Source: Bacteroidales bacterium | GTDB taxonomy: Bacteria > Bacteroidota > Bacteroidia > Bacteroidales > UBA12077 | Length of the DNA: 64,000 nt | Assembly: GCA_013138975.1 (NCBI GenBank) | Contig: WTBR01000027.1 | Coordinates: 201 to 64,200, forward strand | Reading direction: 5' to 3' | Part shown: positions 17,501 to 27,900 of the stretch, in pieces | How positions within the stretch are numbered: the stretch's first letter is position 1 | Layout of the letters: the number at the start of each line of letters is the position of its first letter | Notes under the pieces: model-generated | Told to the model about the DNA's origin: nothing | The model's input: only the letters and a program-made list of their open reading frames with translations | The model's database searches: none | Made by a program: the position numbers and the translations under genes

Positions 17501-19024
17501 CTTATTTATTAATACTGATGCTAGTAAATCTGTTTTCAATGCAAATTCGTGGTAAGTTAATTTAATACCATTAAACTCTAGAGCTTCATAATATGGATTT
17601 ACATTTACCTGATCGTCAAATAAATCAATTATATTTTTTACTTTTGAAATATCCTTTTCTGTATTATTGAATTCATATAACAATCGTTGTTTCTCGCTCT
17701 CTGTAATAAAATCAATATTTTGAATTTTGCAATTTACATCGTTGACAATCTTTTTAATTACAGCCTTTAATTGAGAAGCAAGGCTTTCTATAAACTCAGT
17801 ATTATAGTATTTTAAATCGTAATTAAATCTAATCTTATAATTTTTACCTGGAACTATTGCTATCCAAAAATTATAATTAGTTTGCTCATAAGTCTTAATC
17901 TTATTAGCTCTTAAATCAAAATCGGCTTTGTTTTCTTGCAGATATTCATTATTAATAATTGGATAATTTTCATATACCATAATATGATTAATGAATTCTC
18001 CTTTAACATTAGAATATGTCTTTATTTCTGATAAAAGAAGATATTCATATGCTTTTGCATCATTACTTTTTGCTTGATTCTCTAATAATACCTCTAAAAA
18101 TGTTTGATCATTGTTTGACTTTACTCTACATGGAATAGTATTAATACATAAACCAACCATCCTTTCTATTCCTTTTATTTCTGATGGCCTACCAGACACA
18201 ACAACTCCAAAAACCACGTCATTAGTATTATTATAGTTTTGTAAAACTATACCCCAAAGACTTTGGAAAAAAGTATTTGTCGTAACACTATTCTCTTTTG
18301 CAATCTTTTCTATTTCTAGTGAATATTGTTCATCTAATTCAAGAGTTATTTCTTTAGGGTTTAAAGGTTCGTTAGTATCATTATTCTTTAAAAGGGGCAA
18401 ATTCCCAACACCCTCATATCCATTCAGATAATCTTTCCAAAAATTTAATCCATTTTGCTTATTTTGTTTTCCAATCCAATCAATAAAATTAGAATATGGA
18501 ACAACATTGGATAAATTTAATTTAATAGATTTTTTTAAAGAATAGTATATTTGAAATAACTCCTGAAGTATTAATCCTAAGCACCATCCATCCATTATAA
18601 TATGATGAAATTCTAATATAATCCAATAAGATTCATTTTCTTTTTGAATTACTGTTAACTGAAACAATATATCCTTAGATAAATCAAATCCTATATTTCT
18701 GTTTTCACAACTATATTTATGCAGTTCTTGCTTCTTTTTTTCTATATGCAATTTTGAAAAATCTACAAACTTAACATCAAGACTGCGTTCTTTAACTACA
18801 ACCTGTATTGGTTTCTCTACATCCTGATATATAAAAACAGTCCTAAAAATATCATATCGTTCAATTAATTTATTATAACTTATATTTATTAAATTGATAT
18901 CTAATTCACCATTTAGCTCATAAACTGTTTGTTCAAAATATGCCTGGCTATTAGGATCCTCAATATGATGAAATAGCATCCCTAATTGCAGTGGGGACAA
19001 AGGATATATTTTTTTTATTTCCAT
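14510..19024 (-). CDS. NRPS subunit: C(DCL-type)-A(Ser-like code)-T-C(LCL-type)
   Basis: 1504-aa ORF. The N-terminus MEIKKIYPLSPLQLGMLFHH resembles a COM acceptor. C1 EFHHIIMDGWC (HH 18602-18607). A motifs YIIYTSGTTGRPKGA (~17160-17200), FDVSVWE, IIHFVPSML, VICSGEAL and NLYGPTEATIDV give the code DVWHISLIDK (Ser-like). T FFNLGGHSLKA (Ser 15992-15994). C2 MHHIISDGTS (HH 15449-15454). The protein ends ...NLDDGFNI. Confidence 0.92.
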   Translation of the reverse strand: MEIKKIYPLSPLQLGMLFHHIEDPNSQAYFEQTVYELNGELDINLINISYNKLIERYDIFRTVFIYQDVEKPIQVVVKERSLDVKFVDFSKLHIEKKKQELHKYSCENRNIGFDLSKDILFQLTVIQKENESYWIILEFHHIIMDGWCLGLILQELFQIYYSLKKSIKLNLSNVVPYSNFIDWIGKQNKQNGLNFWKDYLNGYEGVGNLPLLKNNDTNEPLNPKEITLELDEQYSLEIEKIAKENSVTTNTFFQSLWGIVLQNYNNTNDVVFGVVVSGRPSEIKGIERMVGLCINTIPCRVKSNNDQTFLEVLLENQAKSNDAKAYEYLLLSEIKTYSNVKGEFINHIMVYENYPIINNEYLQENKADFDLRANKIKTYEQTNYNFWIAIVPGKNYKIRFNYDLKYYNTEFIESLASQLKAVIKKIVNDVNCKIQNIDFITESEKQRLLYEFNNTEKDISKVKNIIDLFDDQVNVNPYYEALEFNGIKLTYHEFALKTDLLASVLINKGVKENKVVPIMVNRSIEMLVGIFGILKAGGVYLPISPKDPKDRINYILNDCKSEILLTTQKDSKGIIIKVDTLYLENEIEHKENINIKKDSKQTTRNRLEYIIYTSGTTGRPKGAMIESRSLVNRLSWMKNYYNVSSDDIFIQKTPYTFDVSVWELLLWAICGSKLILLEPEAEKEPRKIIKAIADSKVSIIHFVPSMLKTFLIVLESDFGNNTEELLFLRHVICSGEALRKEDVLKFNELFKFNKQINISNLYGPTEATIDVTYYDCKDVDKSRTIPIGKPIDNTAIYILSKNLKLSAIGVIGELCIGGIGLARGYMNKSELDNEKFILNPFKNNERIYRTGDLARWLPDGNIEYIGRVDEQVKIRGFRIELGEIENVLLSFNNVKECIVLAMEENDDKFLCAYLVCAENFNQEKLREYLLESLPYYMIPSYFVEMDGLPLTNHGKVDRQKLPTPEIKAGEDYIKPSNEIEEKLAEIWSKVLNIAQEEISVTSNFFNLGGHSLKAILLVGSIHKEIGVEFSLKDIFLNGTIKQQANYIKSSDEKLFISVLKTEKKTNYSMSSAQKRIYLLQQIDLTSTAYNMPIIISLGKEADKLKIEEVFKQLINRHESFRTSIIIVDGEAVQLISRDVEFEFEELSIESTEIETTRNNFIKPFDLSKAPFLRAAIVDIKGEDSLLMIDMHHIISDGTSQKILKEEFESLYSGEELPSLNLQYKDYSEWQNTEKQQFEIREQEEYWLNEFVKEFSGLNLPTDYVRPVVQNFEGSSISFYLNENETKELIKIARESDSTLFIVLLAVFNIFLSKLSGQEDITIGTSVSGRRHNDLQNVIGMFVNMLPLRNFPEGQKSFDSFLKDVRNKAISAFENQDYQFDDLVNILGIKRDISHNPIFDVIINFLNQNQAQLNDYTDELIYGKLIKVHFDITFTCVEFEKNLFISIDYCSKLFKQQTIEKYAYYLKEIISKIIESPNRKLEEIKFTHKYTEVNTNINLDDGFNI

Positions 19025-19043
19025 GGTAGAATTATTTATATAT

Positions 19044-22000
19044 TTAAATTTTATTTATAAGATTTTCAATCTGACCTAATTCTTCAATTGATAAATCATT
19101 ATATCCAACATCATTTGGTGTTATTTCTATTTTATCTTTATTACAACAATGATCAATAATTTCGATTAATGATTTTTCAAATTCTTTAGAAAGTCTTTTA
19201 ATCGTTTCTTTTTTGAACTCCAAGCCATTGAACTCCATTGAAAATGTAAAAACACCATTCATTAAAATACTGTTAATTTCCAATAAACCATTTCTTTCAC
19301 ATTCATCAGATATCTTTTTCCCAGAATCAATTTTCGAAATAGTAATGTCCTCCTTTGTTAATTCTTTAGAAAACTCCCCTAAATAATTGAAATTAATTTG
19401 AGGTTGATTATTAAAACTAACTTCCCGGTCCTTTGATGTTAAATATTGAAGTATTCCATAACCTATACCCTTATTAGGAATTTTTCTTAATGTTTCCTTA
19501 ATAAATTTAATATTATATGATAAATCAGAATTTTCAACATCCAATACAACAGGATATTGAGAAGTAAACCAACCAACTGTGCGTGAGACATTTACTTCTT
19601 TTAAAATATCTTCTCGACCATGACCTTCCAGGCTAATCAGAACCTTATTTATTTTTTGCCATTTTTTAATAGCTAACGCTAATGCTGTAAGCAATATATC
19701 GTTTATTTCTGTATTATATGCCTTGTTTACTTTGTACAATAACTTATCTGTATATTCTTTATTAATTTTAAGATATTCTACAGAAGTATTTTTTCTTTTA
19801 TTATCTATTTTTTCAATCTTGAAATCTGACACTAATTCCCTTGTATTTGTTTCGTCAATTTTTTTCCAGTAGTCCAGTTCTTCCAAAAGTTCATTACTAT
19901 TAGCGTAATCATTAAGTCTTTCTGACCAATATTTAAACGAATCAGTTTTATGTTTAAGTTTAATTTCTTTGTTTTGCAAAGCTAATTCATAAGCAGTAGT
20001 AAAATCTTCTATTATAATCCTCCATGAAACACTATCTATTACGCTATGATGAATTGTAATTAACACATGATCACCTTCCTTTACATTGAAAAGTCCTACT
20101 TTAACTAGAGGGCCGTTTTCTAAATCAATTGATTTCTGAATCATGTCACATTCTTTTTCAATCAATTCAACATGATCTTTCTTATCAGTAAAATCAAATG
20201 TATATAGATCGTAAAATGGTTCTAAAACAGGTCTATTATATTGTATAGTTTTATTGTTTTGTTTTGGGAAAATCATTCTTAAAGCATCATGGTGTTTAAC
20301 AATTGTGTCAAATGTTTTTTTCAAAGCTGGAATATTAATTTTATCCTTAGTAAAAAACATCACAGACTGATTAAAGTGATTAATATCAGTTAAAAAATTA
20401 TTGAAATACCAATACGTTACAGGGGTAAATAATACTTCTCCTTCTATAGTATCTTGAGGAATTATCCTATCAATTTTTGTTACAATGTCTTTTAATTCTG
20501 ATATTCTAGGATGGACAAACATATCTTTAATTTCTAACTTTAAACCCAGTTCCTGAGCATTACTAGAAATTTGTATTGCCTTTATTGAATCACCACCAAT
20601 CATGAAAAAATTATCATTAATTCCTATTCTTTCAACGTTCAATACTTTTTGATATATATCTACTAATATTCTCTCAGTCTCATCTCTTGGAGCTATATAA
20701 TCCTCAGAAGCTAATATTTCCGGTTCTGGTAACGCTCTCCTGTTCACTTTACCACTTTCTGTAAAAGGGATACTATCAATTTTGACAAAATAAATTGGTA
20801 TCATATAATCTGGCAAACTCTTTGAAAGATGTTCTTTTATTTCATGAAAAGATAACTCCTCTAATGAAACATAGTATGTACATAGGTATTTATCTTCGTT
20901 TAAATGTGTGCGTTCAATAACTATTGCATCATCAATTTTAGGATGATTTATTAAACACAATTCTACTTCTCTTAATTCAATCCTAAATCCCCTTATTTTT
21001 ACTTGTTGATCTTTTCTGTTAACAAACTCAATATTTCCATCAGGCAACCATTTTGCAATATCCCCTGTTTTATATAATCTTTCGTTTATTTCAAAATTAT
21101 TTGGAATAAATCTTTGATTAGTAAGTTCAATATCATTTAAATATTTCCTTGCTAATCCCACACCAGAGATGCATAATTCACCTTCTATTCCAATGGGTTG
21201 TAATCTTCCATTATTATTTAAAATATAAACTTTTTTATTTTCAATTGGTTTCCCAATTACTGGAGTTTTGGATGGATGTGAAGTAGGTAGTAATTCAGCA
21301 AATGTTGTCCAAACAGTATCTTCAGTTGGACCATACAGATTATATATTTTAAATGGATATTCTCTTAATGGATTTCTTCTAAAACAATCTCCTGCTGCCC
21401 TTATAGCTTTCAATGAAGATCTTTTCCCACTCCATTCATCCTCGAGTAATTTTTCGACCATATAAGTAGGTTGATATGAGATATTTACATGATTTTTAAT
21501 TAGCCACTTTTTCATTTTAAAAGGATCTTTCTGAATTTCATCATTTGCGATACACAAATTTCCCCCAGAAGTCAAACAAGGCCATATTTCAAATGACATA
21601 GCATCAAAACTGCAACTGGAAACCTGACTCATCCTTGAATTATGATCATTTTTAAAAATCCTTTTGTGGGATTGCACCATATTTACACATCCTTTATTTT
21701 CAATCAGAACTCCTTTAGGTTTTCCTGTTGAACCTGATGTGTAAATTATATATAACAAAGATTCAGGTTTATTATCATTATTGCCATTTTCTTTAAATTT
21801 GTTTTGAAATTCTAAGTCTTCAAATAAAAGAGTATCTTTATTAACAGAACCAGTTAAGTATTGATTTTCTGTAATTAAGATCTTTGCATCACTGTCATTT
21901 AAAATAAATTCTATTCTTTTTTCCGGATAATTTTTATCAATTGTTAAATAAGCTCCGCCAGCTTTTATGGTTCCAAGAATACTAACCAGCATATCTATAG

Positions 22001-22997
22001 ATCTATCTAATAAAATAGCTACAATAGATTCAGATTTTATTCCCTTTTCGCTTAAAATATTAGCTAATTGATTTGTTCTTTTATTTAATTCAGAAAATGT
22101 AATCTTCAAATCTCCATATTCGCAAGCAATTCTTTCTGGGTTTTTGGAAACCTGTTCATTAAATAATTCAATAATTGTTTTATCTGGAATATTGCAGTTT
22201 AATGTACCACTAAAATCATTTAAAACCTTGCTTTTTTCATTATCAGATAATAAATCTACTTCCGAAATTTTAACATCCAAATTAAATATAACTTGCTCCA
22301 ATAATCTATTAAAATGGCCTATTATTCTTTTAATTGTGCTTCTCTCATATAAAGATGAATTATATGAAAATTCTCCATATAACTCATTCCCTCTATTACT
22401 GAATATCAATTTAGTATTTAGTATTATATCTTTAAGATATTTCTCCTCATGAATATTTGAAAGTAATAATGCATTTGAAAATAATGGAAACTCTTTCTCA
22501 TTTGTAGAAAGATCTAATTTATATAATAATGAATCTATAGAGTAATTTTGATTTTCTATGTCCTTTATAAAATCTTCTCGCACCTTCAATAGAAACTCCT
22601 TAAACGTTAATTCTAAATTTATTTTATTTCGAAGTGCCAAAATAGTATTAACAAAATCACCATCAATATCTTGTTTCAAAACAGTTGTACCTATAATAAT
22701 ATCATTATTCGATGTATATTTCTCGATTAAAATATTCATTCCTGCCAATAATATCATATAAAGTCTAAAATCAGAATTATTGCTCAACTTAACTAACCTT
22801 TCATAAACTTCTCCTCCAATAACTAATGTTTCAATTTCTATTTGAGGATCAGTCTTCTTTTCTATCTTAAAATCATACGGGAAATATGATTTTGTTAGTT
22901 CTCCTGAAAACTTATTTAACCAATATTTTTCTTCTTTTGATCGATTATAAGTGTTGTTATTCTTATCTTCTAAATTATCTTTTTTCGCCATTTTCAA
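19044..22997 (-). CDS. NRPS subunit: half-C-A(unassigned code)-T-E
   Basis: 1317-aa ORF (the ATG two codons downstream of the TTG is an equally plausible start). N-terminal C-lobe only (EKYWLNKFSGEL..., DIIIGTTVL, FVNTILALRN, ENQNYS, PLFSNALL). A motifs IKAGGAYLTID and YIIYTSGSTGKPKGV (~21715-21760). T FFMIGGDSIKAIQ (Ser 20586-20588). E ITIHHSVIDSVSWRI (HH 20046-20051). The C-terminal tail ...LSIEELGQIENLINKI resembles a COM donor. Confidence 0.92.
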   Translation of the reverse strand: MKMAKKDNLEDKNNNTYNRSKEEKYWLNKFSGELTKSYFPYDFKIEKKTDPQIEIETLVIGGEVYERLVKLSNNSDFRLYMILLAGMNILIEKYTSNNDIIIGTTVLKQDIDGDFVNTILALRNKINLELTFKEFLLKVREDFIKDIENQNYSIDSLLYKLDLSTNEKEFPLFSNALLLSNIHEEKYLKDIILNTKLIFSNRGNELYGEFSYNSSLYERSTIKRIIGHFNRLLEQVIFNLDVKISEVDLLSDNEKSKVLNDFSGTLNCNIPDKTIIELFNEQVSKNPERIACEYGDLKITFSELNKRTNQLANILSEKGIKSESIVAILLDRSIDMLVSILGTIKAGGAYLTIDKNYPEKRIEFILNDSDAKILITENQYLTGSVNKDTLLFEDLEFQNKFKENGNNDNKPESLLYIIYTSGSTGKPKGVLIENKGCVNMVQSHKRIFKNDHNSRMSQVSSCSFDAMSFEIWPCLTSGGNLCIANDEIQKDPFKMKKWLIKNHVNISYQPTYMVEKLLEDEWSGKRSSLKAIRAAGDCFRRNPLREYPFKIYNLYGPTEDTVWTTFAELLPTSHPSKTPVIGKPIENKKVYILNNNGRLQPIGIEGELCISGVGLARKYLNDIELTNQRFIPNNFEINERLYKTGDIAKWLPDGNIEFVNRKDQQVKIRGFRIELREVELCLINHPKIDDAIVIERTHLNEDKYLCTYYVSLEELSFHEIKEHLSKSLPDYMIPIYFVKIDSIPFTESGKVNRRALPEPEILASEDYIAPRDETERILVDIYQKVLNVERIGINDNFFMIGGDSIKAIQISSNAQELGLKLEIKDMFVHPRISELKDIVTKIDRIIPQDTIEGEVLFTPVTYWYFNNFLTDINHFNQSVMFFTKDKINIPALKKTFDTIVKHHDALRMIFPKQNNKTIQYNRPVLEPFYDLYTFDFTDKKDHVELIEKECDMIQKSIDLENGPLVKVGLFNVKEGDHVLITIHHSVIDSVSWRIIIEDFTTAYELALQNKEIKLKHKTDSFKYWSERLNDYANSNELLEELDYWKKIDETNTRELVSDFKIEKIDNKRKNTSVEYLKINKEYTDKLLYKVNKAYNTEINDILLTALALAIKKWQKINKVLISLEGHGREDILKEVNVSRTVGWFTSQYPVVLDVENSDLSYNIKFIKETLRKIPNKGIGYGILQYLTSKDREVSFNNQPQINFNYLGEFSKELTKEDITISKIDSGKKISDECERNGLLEINSILMNGVFTFSMEFNGLEFKKETIKRLSKEFEKSLIEIIDHCCNKDKIEITPNDVGYNDLSIEELGQIENLINKI
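22278..22997 (-). other. N-terminal truncated condensation domain (C-terminal lobe only)
   Basis: Aligns with the region from the (E)YWL motif onward of full C domains in this window (for example C2 of the 1504-aa subunit: EEYWLNEF...DITIGTSVSGR...FVNMLPLRN...ENQDYQFDDL...PIFDV). No HHxxxDG. The upstream intergenic gap is only 168 nt. Confidence 0.7.
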
Positions 22998-23165
22998 TAC
23001 TTTTTTATGTGCAGTTTCTTTAAAAAAATGTTTTCGAGTTATAATTGTTTAGCTCTTTTACAATCTTTTATTTAATAGAATATTATAGTTATAATATCAA
23101 TTAAAACAACCTGCTTGTTGATATATTTGTGCTAACTCAATTTTGATGAAATTTCAGAATTATTA

Positions 23166-24857
23166 TTAGAAACTAAAATCACCTTCATCCAATAAAGTTG
23201 ATTTTAAACTACAAATTTCTTTAAACTCTTTATTTTCAGAAATTATGTCATTTCTATTTTGGAAATCGATTAATGAAGGAACAGCATTTTTATGTAATTT
23301 CATCCATCTTTCATCTGCAAATTGAATCTCATACAATGAATAAGGGTTAGGTATTCCAATATTTTTACAGTGTTCAACAAACCTTGAAACTCTATCATAT
23401 GTTTCCTTTCGAGACGGTTCACAATTTATAGTCCAAGATTCCATCATTAACATATCCTTTGCTTCTGCCGGATAAAGCAATTTTCTTTGTTTAACCCATT
23501 TTACTGAATCTGCTTGTCCCGTATATGCAAATATAAATGGGTTGCACTCTGTTTCCCAGATATAATTTCTCATTTCCGAAACAAAATCTAAGGTTTGTTG
23601 AAAATCTTTCTCTGTTTCTCCGGGGTGTCCTATGACTATATATGCAGTAGTTTTAATTCCAGCTTTTGCGAGAGCAGATAGGGTTCTTTTTGATTGTTCA
23701 ACTGTAATATTCTTCCCCATAAGATCAAGAACATTTTGAGAGCCACTTTCAATTCCAATTCTAGCGCGATAAAAACCCCCTTTTCTCCACTTAAGTGTAT
23801 TTTCAATTTTGCCACTCTCATCATCAACCCTTAAATAACCATCATAATATAACGATACATTCCTTGATATAAATTCTTTTGCCAAATCATCAATAATTGG
23901 ATTTAACAATGCATCATTCATGAAAAACATTTGATGCCCATACTTTTCATATAATTCAACCATTTCATCTACAGTTTGATCGACTGGTTTCTTTGTATAC
24001 TTTCCGTAAAATGTTGCTACATTACAAAAACTACATTGAAAAGGACAACTAGATGATCCTTGCGCTGCTAAATACGTATAATTTTGTCTGACATTGAAAT
24101 TACTCATATCCGGAAAATTCTCAAGAGACTCGTTTAGTTCTTTTTCACATATATCATTTAATGTAAAAACTTTCCGATCGTTAGGCAACTCTCCATTTAA
24201 TAATTTTAAGAATAAACCTTCACCTTTTCCAATTAAGATATTATCTATAAAAGGAGTTTTATCTATAAAATTCTTAAAATTGGGGGTGTCTTTGATTAGA
24301 TGATCCGAAAAGATACTTCCGCCCATTACGGTCATTATATTTGGATTTTTTTCCTTTATTAGTTTAAATATATATAATGATGGTGCAATTGTATCACGCA
24401 ATACAGAGATTCCCAATACATCAGGATTAAATTCATAAAATATTTTTAAAAAATAACTTTCTAATTGTTCAAAAAACTCATCTAGAATATTTTTTAATTC
24501 ATATAGAAATGATTCATCATTTTTGTAATAAAAGGTGTTAAATATTATAAGATCCAATAATTTGATATATTCGGTTTCATCAACATAATTAATATGAGCC
24601 ATCATATGATCTCTCATTACATTATGACCTAAATTATATAAATTACTAAGATTGTACTCAGGTATTGCATTTTTTAAGGTATTAAAATACCTGTCGTATA
24701 TTGATTTAAATTGACTCTCAATATTTGCATCTATTGTATAGACTGAGTGTCCATTTTTTTCGAGAGCACTTTTTAAATATGTAATTCCCTGTGGTGGAAT
24801 TAATGGTGTCCAGTATGGCAGTAAACCAAGCAGTACCTTCTTTTTATTATGTAACAT
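23166..24857 (-). CDS. B12-binding-domain-type (class B-like) radical SAM enzyme, stand-alone
   Basis: 563-aa ORF. N-terminal B12-binding-like region (VLLGLLPYWTPLIPPQGITYLKSALEKNGHSVYTIDANI...PDVLGISVLRD...TVMGGSIF...ILIGKGEGLFLKLL). CxxxCxxC motif SCPFQCSFC at 24024-24047. GFYRARIGIESGSQNVLDLMGK motif. Paralogue of 12794-14482. Confidence 0.85.
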   Translation of the reverse strand: MLHNKKKVLLGLLPYWTPLIPPQGITYLKSALEKNGHSVYTIDANIESQFKSIYDRYFNTLKNAIPEYNLSNLYNLGHNVMRDHMMAHINYVDETEYIKLLDLIIFNTFYYKNDESFLYELKNILDEFFEQLESYFLKIFYEFNPDVLGISVLRDTIAPSLYIFKLIKEKNPNIMTVMGGSIFSDHLIKDTPNFKNFIDKTPFIDNILIGKGEGLFLKLLNGELPNDRKVFTLNDICEKELNESLENFPDMSNFNVRQNYTYLAAQGSSSCPFQCSFCNVATFYGKYTKKPVDQTVDEMVELYEKYGHQMFFMNDALLNPIIDDLAKEFISRNVSLYYDGYLRVDDESGKIENTLKWRKGGFYRARIGIESGSQNVLDLMGKNITVEQSKRTLSALAKAGIKTTAYIVIGHPGETEKDFQQTLDFVSEMRNYIWETECNPFIFAYTGQADSVKWVKQRKLLYPAEAKDMLMMESWTINCEPSRKETYDRVSRFVEHCKNIGIPNPYSLYEIQFADERWMKLHKNAVPSLIDFQNRNDIISENKEFKEICSLKSTLLDEGDFSF

Positions 24858-24958
24858 AAATGCGGAATATTTTTAATAATTCATTAATATTTTATTGATA
24901 AGTAATTATTGTTTTAGTAAACTAAGATAGAAGTTAATAGCTTTGTCAATTAAAATAC

Positions 24959-27900
24959 TTAAAATTGAAATTCACCAAATAATTCTGTAGAGTTTTTTAC
25001 AATTATATCTTTCCGATGTTGACCTATTTTTAAATCTCCGATTGTATCTGATTTTTCTTCAATAATTTGCCTTGATATTTCAATAAAATATTTTAACAAA
25101 TTTTCTGCTGTTTCTATTTTATAAAGACTTGTAAAATACAATAGATTTAATAATATTTCATCCTTAAACTCTTGAACCCTAAACAATAAACTAAAATCAG
25201 CTTTTTTAATTTCCTTTCTAAGATCCATATTGTTTGATGAAAATTGAAGATCACGTGTTTTCGTACTTATATTATTAAATTCTAATACAATACCAAATAA
25301 CGAATCTTTATACATCTTTCCCTGCTTTCGTAATTTCACAATTAGTTCATCTAACGGATATTCCTGATTATCGTATAATTCAACAAGCTTATTATTTACT
25401 TCATTTAAGTAATTTATTATCTTTTTATCATATTTTGGATTAGTCCTTACGGGTAATATATTAACAAAATATCCAACTATATTTAGTAACTCCACAGATC
25501 TTCTTCCATTAACTACAGAACCAATAATTATATCCTCTTCTTGAGTTAATACATGAAACATCAGCTTGCACACTCCCAGAAAAAAGGAACTCAAACTAAT
25601 ATTTCTTAGTCTTACAAAAGACCTAATTTTTGATGTCAAATCTTTATCTATAAAATTTTCAACTAACTCATTTTTTAAAAAATGATTCTTTTTATCAAGA
25701 ATATCAGGTTTCAGATTTAAGACATTACTATTTTCTTTCAATTCACTCAACCAATATTTTTCCTGCTCTAAAATCCTATTCTTAAACAATATACTATGTT
25801 GCATTTCCGAATAATCTTTATATTGGTATTTTAATAAGTTTAATTTTTCTTTTTGTAATAGTTTATATAAGTCGTTAATAAGAATTGTAATTGAAACGGC
25901 ATCTGTTATAATATGATGAATATCAATCAATAATTGCATCTTGTTATTTTCATCTTTTAGAACACCTAATCTAACTAGAGGAGCCTTATCTAATTCAAAT
26001 GGTCGTATAAATTTTACTAAAATTTCATCAAGCGAATTATTCTTATCCTTTTTATATTTTTCAATATTTATATCTATATTTTCTGATATTTTCTGATATA
26101 TTTTCCCATTTAAATTAATAAAACTAGTTCTTAATATTTCATGTCTTAATATTAATTTATTAAATACACCTTTTAAAATATTTAAGTCAATGTCAGAATC
26201 AATTACAATTCTATCAAATATGTTATATTTTAAGCTAGCTTTATCAAACTGCTGAACAACGTACAATCTCTTTTGTGCAGATGACAAGGAATAATACTCT
26301 TTTTTCTCTGTAAAATAATATTGTGATTTTATTTTTCTTTTTTGTTTTACAATAAATAAAGACATTTTTTCAATTGTTTGCATGTTAAAAACATCTTTAT
26401 ATGAAATTTCCACTTGTAACTTTTTATATATTGCGGAAATTAAAATTGTAGCATTTAAAGAATTACCCCCTACATCAAAAAAATTATCTGTAGTTCCTAT
26501 TTTTTCTATAGAAATCTCTAATACTTCTGACCAAATTGATGTCAACTGTTTTTCGATATATGTTGAAGGTTCTTTATAATCAGAATCCAAATTGACCAAT
26601 GGATATGGAAGAGCCTTTTTATCAATCTTTCCATTTGATGTTAAAGGTAATTTTTCTAATTCAATAAATTTAGACGGAATCATATAATTTGGCAGCTTTG
26701 TTCCCAAATATAATTTAAACTCTGAGATCCCTATTTCGTCAAACTTATTTCTAACGTAGTATGCACATAAATATTTATTTCCGAATTGATCTTCATTTAC
26801 TGTAACAACTGATTCATTAACTCCTACATATTTTTCTATAAAGCTTTCAATTTCACTTAATTCAATTCTATTCCCTCGAATTTTCACCTGATCATCTACC
26901 CTTCCTACATATTCAATATTTCCATCGGGTAACCATCTTGCTAAATCACCTGTTCTATAAATTCTTTCTTCATTCTTATGCGGATTTAAAATAAATTTTT
27001 CATTGTCCAGCTCTGATTTATTCATGTATCCTCTTGCTAAGCCAATTCCTCCTATATATAATTCCCCAATAACTCCGACAGCACATAACTTCAGGTTATT
27101 TGATAATATATATATTTCTGTATTATCTATCGGTTTACCTATAGGAACTGTCCTATTTTTATCAACATTGTTACAATTGAAATAAGTAACATCGATAGTT
27201 GCTTCAGTTGGACCATATAAATTAGAAATGTTTAATTGCTGATTACTTTTGAATAAGTCATTGAATTTCAGTACATCTTCTTTCTTTAATGCTTCCCCAC
27301 TGCATATTACATGTTTTAAAGTTAATAGTTTGTCTATATTCTTTTCCAGATCCGATTCAATAACATTTAAAAATATCTTGAGCATTGATGGTACAAAATG
27401 AATAATTGAAACCCTGTTGTTGGCAATTGCTTTAATTATTTTACTTGGTTCTTTTTCTGCATCCGGCTCCAAAATTCCTAATTTCGCTCCGCATATTGCC
27501 CATAAATACAGTTCCCACACCGACACATCAAAAGTATAAGGAGTTTTTTGAATAAATATATCCTCGGAAGAAACATTGTAATAATTTTTCATCCAATTTA
27601 ACCTGTTGGATAATGACCGACTATCAATCATCACTCCTTTAGGTCTACCAGTTGTTCCTGAAGTATAAATTATGTATTCTAATCTATTATTTTGTGTATT
27701 ATTATTATCTATTTTAAAATTTCTAATTACTTTACTTTCAATTTCATTTTCCAAGTATATCAGATCAATATTTGAGTTAAAGTCATTCGAATCTTCTTTT
27801 GTTGTAAGTAAAACATCAGCCCCACTATCTTGTAGAATATATTTAATCCTTTCTTCGGGATCTTTTGGTGAAATTGGTAAATATGCCCCCCCTGCTTTTA

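Noticed and set aside
22998-23165. The longest internal intergenic gap (168 nt), inspected for an internal promoter (Bacteroidota TAnnTTTG -7 motif), a hairpin terminator or a cobalamin riboswitch
   Set aside because: I found no TAnnTTTG match and no stem longer than 4 bp. The region is too short and too AT-rich for a B12 riboswitch. An internal promoter cannot be excluded, but nothing in the sequence supports one.
23636-23827. 63-aa minus-strand ORF inside the radical SAM gene 23166-24857
   Set aside because: It is out of frame within a well-supported CDS and has no independent signal.
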